Assembly (NCBI GenBank): GCA_003565735.1
Contig: PXBB01000108.1
Coordinates: 15,118-79,117, forward strand
Source: Bacteroidales bacterium
GTDB lineage: Bacteria; Bacteroidota; Bacteroidia; Bacteroidales; PXBB01
Length of the DNA: 64,000 nucleotides
Direction: 5' to 3'
Notes under the pieces: generated by a model
What the model was told of the DNA's origin: nothing
The model's input: the letters and a program-made list of their open reading frames with translations, nothing else
Database searches by the model: none
In this document: one piece after another, positions 56,212-64,000 of the stretch
Layout of the letters: every line of letters starts with the position of its first letter
Numbering within the stretch: position 1 is the stretch's first letter
Position numbers and translations under genes: made by a program

Positions 56212-59200
56212 ATGAAAAGAATATTCACACTCGCACTTTTGTTTTTTGTAAGCATTAATTTAATTGCGCAAAATCGAAACTTTGAATCCAAAAGAAACGC
56301 TATTGAGGTCATTAGTGCAGACAACAAAACCACTTTACTTAAGCTTCAATCACCTTCATATTATCTTGAAGAAGTCGTAACACCAAGAGGTGTTTCGCAT
56401 ATTGTAAGAGCTCCAAAAGGCAGTCAGATAGTTCAAGAGGGTGCGCCAGATCTGCCCAAATTTACAGCCTCTATTTTGATACCGGATCTATCTGAGATGG
56501 AAGTTGTTGTACTTAAATCCGAATATATTGAAATAGAAGACATTAATATAACCCCTTCTAAAGGGCATATATACCGTCATACAAACCCTGAAGAAGTGCC
56601 TTATTCCTATGGTGACATTTATGAGAAGGATGCATTTTTTCCGGCTCAAAGAGCATCATTGGATGACCCTTATATTATTCGTGATTATTCCGGTCAAGCC
56701 CTTCAAATTTACCCTTTTAGATACAATCCTAAACAAAAGACCTTAAGAATTTATACCCACTTAACAGTTGAGGTGAGAGAGAAGAGTCCCTACCGTAGCA
56801 TTAACCCTCTATATCGTACCAAACCAATGGAAGGTGTGGTAAGAGAATTTAAAAATATTTATAAGAGACACTTTATAAATTATAATCACATAGAGAAAAG
56901 TCAAGCAGAACCTGTTAAGGAATATGGACGCATGCTTGTTATTAGCCATACACACTACATGAATGCGATGGAACCCTTTATGGAGTGGAAAAATACCATA
57001 GGTATTCCCACCAGAATGGTTGATGTTTCTACAATCGGGGGCACCAATCATAATCAGGTTAAGGCATACATACAGGCTTACTATGACACAACAGATTTGG
57101 CATTTATTCTGTTAGTAGGAGATGATATGCACATAGCACCATTTCCCAACTCTACGCCCGGAATAACAGGCCCCTCAGACAATGCATACTCTTATCTTGC
57201 CGGCAACGATAACTACCCGGATGTGCTTATTGGACGTTTTTCTGCTCAGAGTGTTACCCATGTTGAAACACAAGTAGAGAGAACCATTGCATATGAAAGT
57301 GTAAGCAATCTGGCAAGCGGATGGTATAATGTTGCTATGGGAGTTGCACGTAATGAGGGCGCCGGCATTGGTCATAATGGTGAATCTGATTGTCAGCATA
57401 TGGATATCATAAGAAACAAGCTACTCACTTATGATTATGTTACTGTTCATCAAGATTACGATTATAACTGCACAGGTGTTCCCAACACCAATACATCGCA
57501 AATATCTGCACGGATTAATGCAGGCGTCAGCTTGATTAATTATTGCAACCATGGCTCTACAACAGGCTGGAGTGTTGCCGGATATAACTCAACACACGTC
57601 AATGCATTGACCAATACAGACAGCTGGCCTTTTATATGGTCTGTTGCATGTGTTAATGGCAACTTTGTAAACCAAACATGTTTTGCTGAGGTCTGGCTGC
57701 GTGCTACACATAATAGTAAACCGTCCGGCGCCCTGGCTACATTAATGTCAACCATAAACCAGGCCTGGCTCCCCCCAATGGATGCTCAGGATGAGTTTAA
57801 TGACATTCTTATTGAATCCTATCCGAATAAAATAAAGCGTACTTTTGGTGGCATCTCATTTAATGGCATGTATCTGATGAACGATTTGAATGGACCTGTT
57901 GGTTTTGAAACCACAGACACCTGGACACTTTTTGGGGACCCATCCGTAGTGGTTCGTACCGATGAGCCAGTAGCATTAAATGCAACGCATCCCACAACAA
58001 TCCTCATTCAGGAAACAAACATGATTGTTAACTCTAATGTTAATGGAGCCTATGTAGCATTAAGTATTAATGGAGAACTTATAGGCACCGGCAGCATTGT
58101 CAATGGCACTGCTCAAATCCAGTTTAATCAATTAATAAATACAGACTCCATTACTGTTGCTGTTACAGCTTTTAATCATATCCCTTATATTGGGAAAGTG
58201 GAGGTGATTGATTTTATGTACGATTACGATGCCAGTATTTTTTCAATCATTAATCCGGAAAATCATTACAAATGCGACAGTATTAATGTAAGCCCAAAAG
58301 TTATCTTACGTAACTATGGGGTTAATACGCTTAACAACGTCACTATCAACTATCGCTTAAATAATGATCCTGTACAACAGTATGCCTGGACCGGTAGTCT
58401 TTTAAGTCTAGAAACAGATACCATTGTTCTACCATCATTTATGCTGCAGGAAGGCGCTCATACTTATGAAGTTTTTACCTCTCAGCCAAATGGTGTTTCT
58501 GACCAAAACCCCACTAATGATAATAAAACTTTAAGCTTTATTGTCGAAAAATTACCTGTGGTATCAGGCTTTTCTGCCGATTTAACGGTATTTTGCAACA
58601 CTCCTGCCTCTGTTAGTTTTAGCAATTTAAGTCAAAACAGCAGTTCTTACTTATGGGATTTTGGTGACGGTCATACAAGCACTGAGGTAAATCCCAACCA
58701 TACATACGACAGTTTAGGCTTTTATACTGTAAGCTTAATAGCTGATGCCGGTGTATGCGGGCAAGATGTTAAAACCCAAACAGCATTTGTTACAGTAGGA
58801 TTGGATATGCCACAAACTGCTCCTGCTTATAGTTGTGGGCCGGGCTATGTATCTTTAACAGCTTCAGGGCAAGGAACAATTAATTGGTATGATGATGCGA
58901 CTTTAACCCAGCATGTGCATACAGGAGACACCTTTGTTACCCCGTTTTTGAACAGTTCTACTTACTACTATGTACGTGATGAAGTACTGCATGCAACTCA
59001 GTATGGAGGCAAGCCGGACAATGCTGGTTCAGGAGGTTATTTTGGAAATGCTCAACATCAGCATGGCTTGTTATTTGACGCATATGTACCTTTCAAACTC
59101 AAGTCTGTGAAAGTTTATGCAGCTTCTGCCGGCACCAGAAGTATTTCTTTGCGAGACTCTAATGATAATGTTTTGCAGACAATTGCTCTTAATATCCCAG

Positions 59201-60240
59201 CCGGCGAAAGCCGTATCACATTAAATTTTGATATTCCCATTGGAACTAATTTAAAATTGCAAGGCGATGGCAGCCCCAATTTGTATCGAAATAATAACAA
59301 CGCAGCAACTTTTCCATATACCGTAACTGGTATTTTTTCTATAACAGAAACTACAGCCTCTCTCCCACCCTATAATTCAAATGGTAATTACTACTATTTT
59401 TACGATTGGGAAGTTAAGGAGGAGGATTGTTTAAGTCCGGTTCAAGCTGTTAAAGCCGATATTATTTATGATGCCGCCGCCAATTTCTCCTATGATGTTA
59501 ATGGTGTAGTTGTTGATTTTACCAACCTTTCTGTTAATGGTGACAGCTTTTATTGGTCTTTTGGAGACGGTCACTCTTCAACTGATGAAAACCCCACACA
59601 TGTATATAGCGGCATTGGCAATTATGATGTTATTTTTATAGTGTCGAACAATTGTTCTGCAGATACCATACAAACAACAGTTACTACTTTCAACGCTCCC
59701 CCATCAGCAGCTTTTTCTGCTGATAATACAGTTATAGCAGAAGGCGACACGGTGAATTTTTACGATCAGAGTGTTAACTTTCCCGATTCCTGGAGCTGGT
59801 CATTTCAGGGGGGTGTGCCTTCAACATCTACGCAGCAATCGCCCAGTGTAAGATATAACATAGCCGGCACTTTTTATGTTTCTTTAACAGTGAGCAATAA
59901 TATGGGTTCTGATTATACTCACCAGTCGAGCTATATCACAGTTCTTACAACTTCTATAGATGAACAAAAGAACAAAACAGCTTCCGGAAAAATATACCCC
60001 AATCCTTCTCTTTATGGTTATACTAATCTGCTGCTGCAACTTCAACACCATGAAGTTGTGAATGTTGAAATATACAATACATTAGGAGCGCTGCTTAGTA
60101 AACCCATCAACAACCTTAAACTGGAAAAGGGCAGCCATTCTTTCCGTATTAGCCTCGAGGACTTAAGTGCCGGCATGTATTATTTCGTTATTAAAACAGA
60201 CCGTCATCAATTTACTAAAAAGTTGATTGTGTCGCCATAA
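56212..60240 (+). CDS. Gingipain-like C25 cysteine peptidase with three PKD domains and a T9SS type-A sorting domain
   Basis: Signal peptide. C25 blocks: MLVISHTHY, ILLVGDD, catalytic-His region INYCNHGSTTGW and catalytic-Cys region PFIWSVACVNGNF. Three PKD signatures: WDFGDGHTSTEVNPNHTY, WSFGDGHSSTDENPTHVY and a third SWSFQGG-type. The tail is IYPNPS...GMYYFVIKTD.... Confidence 0.8.
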   Translation: MKRIFTLALLFFVSINLIAQNRNFESKRNAIEVISADNKTTLLKLQSPSYYLEEVVTPRGVSHIVRAPKGSQIVQEGAPDLPKFTASILIPDLSEMEVVVLKSEYIEIEDINITPSKGHIYRHTNPEEVPYSYGDIYEKDAFFPAQRASLDDPYIIRDYSGQALQIYPFRYNPKQKTLRIYTHLTVEVREKSPYRSINPLYRTKPMEGVVREFKNIYKRHFINYNHIEKSQAEPVKEYGRMLVISHTHYMNAMEPFMEWKNTIGIPTRMVDVSTIGGTNHNQVKAYIQAYYDTTDLAFILLVGDDMHIAPFPNSTPGITGPSDNAYSYLAGNDNYPDVLIGRFSAQSVTHVETQVERTIAYESVSNLASGWYNVAMGVARNEGAGIGHNGESDCQHMDIIRNKLLTYDYVTVHQDYDYNCTGVPNTNTSQISARINAGVSLINYCNHGSTTGWSVAGYNSTHVNALTNTDSWPFIWSVACVNGNFVNQTCFAEVWLRATHNSKPSGALATLMSTINQAWLPPMDAQDEFNDILIESYPNKIKRTFGGISFNGMYLMNDLNGPVGFETTDTWTLFGDPSVVVRTDEPVALNATHPTTILIQETNMIVNSNVNGAYVALSINGELIGTGSIVNGTAQIQFNQLINTDSITVAVTAFNHIPYIGKVEVIDFMYDYDASIFSIINPENHYKCDSINVSPKVILRNYGVNTLNNVTINYRLNNDPVQQYAWTGSLLSLETDTIVLPSFMLQEGAHTYEVFTSQPNGVSDQNPTNDNKTLSFIVEKLPVVSGFSADLTVFCNTPASVSFSNLSQNSSSYLWDFGDGHTSTEVNPNHTYDSLGFYTVSLIADAGVCGQDVKTQTAFVTVGLDMPQTAPAYSCGPGYVSLTASGQGTINWYDDATLTQHVHTGDTFVTPFLNSSTYYYVRDEVLHATQYGGKPDNAGSGGYFGNAQHQHGLLFDAYVPFKLKSVKVYAASAGTRSISLRDSNDNVLQTIALNIPAGESRITLNFDIPIGTNLKLQGDGSPNLYRNNNNAATFPYTVTGIFSITETTASLPPYNSNGNYYYFYDWEVKEEDCLSPVQAVKADIIYDAAANFSYDVNGVVVDFTNLSVNGDSFYWSFGDGHSSTDENPTHVYSGIGNYDVIFIVSNNCSADTIQTTVTTFNAPPSAAFSADNTVIAEGDTVNFYDQSVNFPDSWSWSFQGGVPSTSTQQSPSVRYNIAGTFYVSLTVSNNMGSDYTHQSSYITVLTTSIDEQKNKTASGKIYPNPSLYGYTNLLLQLQHHEVVNVEIYNTLGALLSKPINNLKLEKGSHSFRISLEDLSAGMYYFVIKTDRHQFTKKLIVSP
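59986..60237 (+). other. T9SS type-A C-terminal sorting domain
   Basis: GKIYPNPSLYGYTNLLLQL...VEIYNTLGALL...LSAGMYYFVIKTDRHQFTKKLIVSP. Confidence 0.75.
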
Positions 60241-60276
60241 TAAAGTATGTTTGCAAATTCATTTTTTTATATTAAA

Positions 60277-61206
60277 ATGATAAGAATTTTTTTTTTGATA
60301 AAAGCCGTCTTTGTATTTTCCCTTTTCTCTTCCGCATGTAATAAAAATGACAAAGAAAACAATGACCAACCCAAGCCACCTGATAAACCTGTATCTAATA
60401 TTCATCCGTCGCTTCAACTAATTACAACCCTTGATAATTCTTTACGGGAAACATCAGGTCTCTTATACTACGACAATAAAATATTCACGCACAATGACAG
60501 TGGCTGGCCCAATGAGATATATGTTATAGATACGACAACAGGAGGCATTAAATATACGATTTTATTACCCGGCGCTGAAAGTATCGACTATGAGGATATG
60601 GCCGAAAGTGATGCACATATTTTTGTGGCTGATGTTGGAGATAATCTTGGCCAACGCGATGAACTGTGTATTTACCGAATCAATAAAAGCGAACTTGTTT
60701 TTTTTGCTGACACCATTAATGTTCCAGTATCTCAAATAACTTATGTTTATGAAGATAAGACAAAACAGCCGAAAAATAAAAACCACAACTTTGACTGCGA
60801 AGCTGTGATTTTTTTCAATGATAGCTTATATCTTTTTACGAAAAACAGGTTGGATTTAAAAACAAACCTTTACGTTATACCAAATACAATTGGGCACCAT
60901 ACCGCTAAATTGATAGGGAGTTTCAATTCTAATGGCCTGATTACCGGAGCAGATATCAGCAAAGATGGCACTACCCTAATACTTATCGGCTATAATAAAA
61001 ACGCCGATGTTTTCTTGTGGATTTTTAGCGATTTTGAAAATAGCGATTTTTTTGGAGGTCATTCAACCTATGTTAACTTAGGCCCTTTTAGTGAAGTAGG
61101 ACAAGCTGAAGCTGTTTGTTATTTTGGTAATAACGAAGTATTTATTTCTAGTGAAAGAATATACGGTAAAAAAGCCAAGCTATACAGAATGTATCTGGGT
61201 GAATAG
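60277..61206 (+). CDS. Hypothetical lipoprotein (possible beta-propeller)
   Basis: The lipobox is reached from ATG 60277 (MIRIFFLIKAVFVFSLFSSAC). The segment ETSGLLYYDNKIFTHNDSG....IYVID is reminiscent of SdiA-regulated/phytase-like propellers. It starts 7-37 nt after the second C25 gene. Confidence 0.55.
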   Translation: MIRIFFLIKAVFVFSLFSSACNKNDKENNDQPKPPDKPVSNIHPSLQLITTLDNSLRETSGLLYYDNKIFTHNDSGWPNEIYVIDTTTGGIKYTILLPGAESIDYEDMAESDAHIFVADVGDNLGQRDELCIYRINKSELVFFADTINVPVSQITYVYEDKTKQPKNKNHNFDCEAVIFFNDSLYLFTKNRLDLKTNLYVIPNTIGHHTAKLIGSFNSNGLITGADISKDGTTLILIGYNKNADVFLWIFSDFENSDFFGGHSTYVNLGPFSEVGQAEAVCYFGNNEVFISSERIYGKKAKLYRMYLGE

Positions 61207-61355
61207 AATAAAACAGCTCATTTTCAAGTACATAATACAGGTTTAAGTATTTTTGCCAAGTTTAGAATTGAGACAATTCCCTTTCTTTAAAAAACACACT
61301 TTGGTGCGAAAAAACTAAGTTATATTTCATTTTACAATAACACGAATTATTTTTA

Positions 61356-61363
61356 TAAATTTG
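61356..61363 (+). promoter_or_regulatory. Candidate -7 promoter box (TAnnTTTG)
   Basis: taaatttg lies 42 nt upstream of the clpP ATG. Confidence 0.35.
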
Positions 61364-61405
61364 CTTTCTCTTAAAAAATAAAAGACTAATAAAAAAATCA
61401 AAAGT

Positions 61406-62095
61406 ATGTCAACATTTAATGAGTACAATAATGAGTTTAATGAATATGCCCAAAAGCATGCCGGCATAAGTAGTTTAAACATGCACCGTTTCACATCTGT
61501 AATAGATAATTACTTGACTCCTTCAATTATTGAAGAGCGAAAATTAAATATCACTCAGATGGACGTTTTTTCGCGTTTGATGATGGATCGTATAATATTT
61601 TTGGGCATGCCTATTTATGATTTTGTGGCAAACATTATACAGGCTCAGCTATTGTTCCTGGAGTCTGTAGATGCCAAAAAAGATATTCAAATATATATCA
61701 ATTCACCGGGAGGATCGGTGCATGCTGGATTAGGAATTTACGATACCATGCAATATTTAGCACCAGACGTGGCCACCATTTGTACCGGTATGGCGGCTTC
61801 TATGGCAGCTGTTTTACTATGTGCAGGATCTGAAGGCAAAAGAACAGCTCTAAAACATTCTCGTGTAATGATTCACCAACCATTAGCCGGTGTTGAAGGG
61901 CAAGCATCAGATATTGAAATTACAGCTAAAGAAATTCAAAAATTAAAAAAAGAACTTTATGAAATCATTGCCAATCATGCCAAGCAGCCTTATGAAAAAA
62001 TTTGGAAAGATGCTGATAGAGATTTCTGGATGATTGCCGAGGAAGCTAAAGCTTATGGCATGATAGACGAAGTTCTTGTTAGAACAAAAAAATAA
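61406..62095 (+). CDS. clpP: ATP-dependent Clp protease proteolytic subunit
   Basis: 229 aa with INSPGGSV, the catalytic Ser region GMAASMAAVLL, the His region MIHQPL, and D in RDFWM. Confidence 0.95.
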   Translation: MSTFNEYNNEFNEYAQKHAGISSLNMHRFTSVIDNYLTPSIIEERKLNITQMDVFSRLMMDRIIFLGMPIYDFVANIIQAQLLFLESVDAKKDIQIYINSPGGSVHAGLGIYDTMQYLAPDVATICTGMAASMAAVLLCAGSEGKRTALKHSRVMIHQPLAGVEGQASDIEITAKEIQKLKKELYEIIANHAKQPYEKIWKDADRDFWMIAEEAKAYGMIDEVLVRTKK

Positions 62096-62265
62096 CTGAA
62101 TATCAAAACAATAAATAGTAAAACTTAAATAAATTGTTTAATACAATTGCTCTAAGTTTTTATTTCCTCATACTTACTTTTTTGATATTATATATTTTCA
62201 TCAAATCCTTTATTAGTGCGTGTTTGTTTAATGCATATCGGACTATATTCTAAGATATAAAGCTC

Positions 62266-63807
62266 ATGAAAATAATTTATTTTTTCGCATTAACCATACT
62301 GTATTCATTAACAGCAAAAGCCAATAATATGGCTGTTGGCACACCTACTCTGGTGAATCCTTCAGTTTTGAATGAACATGTTTATATTGATTTTGATATT
62401 TCTTGGGAAAACTCCTGGCGTAACTCATTAAATTGGGATGCTGCATGGATATTTGTTAAGTATAAAGACAGTTCCGGTTTATGGCAACATGCTTACCTGG
62501 GAAAAGACGCCAGTGTTCATTATGTTTCCAATGATAATGGTAATGAGGCTGAGGTGGCGCCAGGTATTAACAAGGTATCAGGTATTGATAGATCTTTGGG
62601 AGTTTTCTTATACCGCAAAAATGAGGACAGCGGAAGCATCAACTGGCAAAATGTTCGCCTCAGGTGGAATTATGGAGAAAACAATGTCGTTTATTATGAT
62701 ACCTTAGAAATACGAGTGTTTGCCATAGAAATGGTATTCATTCCACAAGGTGCTTTTTATCTGGGGGATGGTTCATCTTTTTCATACTTCCACAAAGGAA
62801 ATGATGCCAGTCAGCCTTTTTTGGTTAACGATACAGTTATTAACCTAAACGTAACGTCAGAAGGACTATGGGCTTCAGGTGCATGGGATAATCCCTCAGG
62901 GATATTAAATACCCAATATCCGGTAGGTTATTCAGCTTTTTACAGTATGAAATACGGCATTACTCAAGGACAATATGTTGCCTTTTTGAATACTTTAACG
63001 CGTTTGCAGCAGCAAGAACGTACGGCAACTGATATTGCTCCGTCTATCACACAGGTTTCTGATGTTTTTGTAATGAGCGCAACACCTGCTCCTCATTATC
63101 GAAATGGTATCCGTTGTGATGCACAAATACCTGCAGATTTACCGCTTACATTCTATAATGACCTCAATAACAATGGGATCATGAATGAAGTGGACGACGG
63201 CATGCATATCGCATGCAATTTTTTGAGTTGGGGGGATGGTGTTGCTTATACTGCCTGGGCAGGTCTTAGGCCAATGACCGAGACAGAGTACGAAAAAATT
63301 TGCAGAGGGCCACTAGCTCCTGTTGCAGGCGAATTTGCCTGGGGGTCAACTTCTATATCCAATGCGACAGTTATTAATAATTCTGGCACAGAAACAGAAA
63401 CAACCAATAGCCAGGCCAATGCATCTTATAATAACGCTTCCGGCGTTCAGGGGCCATTACGGGTGGGAATTTTTGCCACATCCTCGTCCAGCAGAGTTGC
63501 TGCCGGCGCTTCATATTATGGTGTTATGGATATGTCAGGAGGCCTTTGGGAACGTGTTGTTTCTCTCGGTTCATCAGCAGGAAGAAATTTTACTGCACTT
63601 CATGGGCAGGGCATGTTAAATACTCAAGGACACGCTAACATAAGTGGATGGCCGGGAGAAAATGCTATTGGAAGTGGCTTTAGAGGTGGACACTGGAGAG
63701 GTACTATTCATAATATGAGAATTTCCGCAAGAGACAATGCCAGCTTCGAAACCAGTTTAAGAAATGAACTATTCGGTTTCAGAGCAGTTAGAACTGCAAA
63801 AAATTAA
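62266..63807 (+). CDS. Secreted SUMF1/formylglycine-generating-enzyme-fold domain protein
   Basis: Signal peptide. The FGE-sulfatase-like C-terminal half includes CNFLSWGDGVAYTAWAGLRPMTETEYEKICRG, VMDMSGGLWE, RGGHW and the terminal FGFRAVR. Confidence 0.65.
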   Translation: MKIIYFFALTILYSLTAKANNMAVGTPTLVNPSVLNEHVYIDFDISWENSWRNSLNWDAAWIFVKYKDSSGLWQHAYLGKDASVHYVSNDNGNEAEVAPGINKVSGIDRSLGVFLYRKNEDSGSINWQNVRLRWNYGENNVVYYDTLEIRVFAIEMVFIPQGAFYLGDGSSFSYFHKGNDASQPFLVNDTVINLNVTSEGLWASGAWDNPSGILNTQYPVGYSAFYSMKYGITQGQYVAFLNTLTRLQQQERTATDIAPSITQVSDVFVMSATPAPHYRNGIRCDAQIPADLPLTFYNDLNNNGIMNEVDDGMHIACNFLSWGDGVAYTAWAGLRPMTETEYEKICRGPLAPVAGEFAWGSTSISNATVINNSGTETETTNSQANASYNNASGVQGPLRVGIFATSSSSRVAAGASYYGVMDMSGGLWERVVSLGSSAGRNFTALHGQGMLNTQGHANISGWPGENAIGSGFRGGHWRGTIHNMRISARDNASFETSLRNELFGFRAVRTAKN

Positions 63808-63909
63808 AACTAACAACCAGATTAATATATCTTTATAAAATTTTAGCAACCATTAAACTATTGCGATTCTATAGTATCCAATATTGTAATGGTTAAACAA
63901 ATCCCAGCT

Positions 63910-64000
63910 ATGAATTTAAGGTATTTCTTTTTACTATTGCTCTTTCTTTTATTTAAGCAGCATATGAATGCTCAGGCAGAAAATCCACATGGGATGGGCA
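63910..64000 (+). CDS. 5' end of a secreted protein gene (partial, runs off the window end)
   Basis: ATG followed by MNLRYFFLLLLFLLFKQHMNAQAENPHGMG (signal-peptide-like). Only 30 codons are visible. Confidence 0.35.
   Translation, partial: MNLRYFFLLLLFLLFKQHMNAQAENPHGMG

Noticed and set aside
1-64000. CRISPR arrays, tRNA/rRNA genes, IS elements, prophage genes, retron/RT and toxin-antitoxin pairs
   Set aside because: I scanned the intergenic regions and the ORF list and found no regularly spaced direct repeats, no GGTTCGAATCC-type T-arms, and no transposase, RT or integrase-like ORFs other than the chromosomal XerD.

Overview
AT-rich chromosomal segment, almost certainly from a Bacteroidota genome. 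The evidence is a PorP/SprF gene, type A and type B T9SS C-terminal sorting domains, a FISUMP lipoprotein, and TAnnTTTG -7 promoter boxes upstream of many genes. Most of the window is housekeeping: tdh (partial), kbl, a split transketolase, an ECF sigma module, xerD, a LOG-family gene, a TamB-like gene, tsaD, clpX, an nrnA-like gene, thpR, a purF-like gene, gyrA and clpP. I found no rRNA, tRNA, CRISPR array, transposase or phage integrase. The clearest accessory region is a roughly 6 kb islet (about 19.0-25.1 kb) between a porin gene and clpX. It holds a truncated RhuM fragment, a FISUMP lipoprotein gene broken at a G8 homopolymer, and an intact two-gene McrBC-type modification-dependent restriction module. 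The 993-aa McrB-like protein has an unusual layout: an uncharacterised ~213-aa N-terminal module, an EVE domain, a second PUA-like module, and an AAA+ GTPase core carrying a ~150-aa insertion. This is my best candidate for the interesting system. The McrBC family and EVE-McrB fusions are already known, so only this particular architecture would be new. Other notable loci are: a T9SS type-B cargo/PorP/OmpA-like module with a 1.6k-aa SprB-repeat adhesin preceded by a 13-bp inverted repeat bracketing promoter-like boxes; two tandem gingipain-like C25 peptidases with type-A T9SS tails, one carrying a CUB domain; an ablA-ablB-nhaC osmoadaptation-like cluster; a split transketolase interrupted by a VWA gene; and an 865-bp non-coding tract with GTTACA-N2-TGTAAC palindromes upstream of an XRE regulator. 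All family assignments come from reading motifs by eye; no database search was run.
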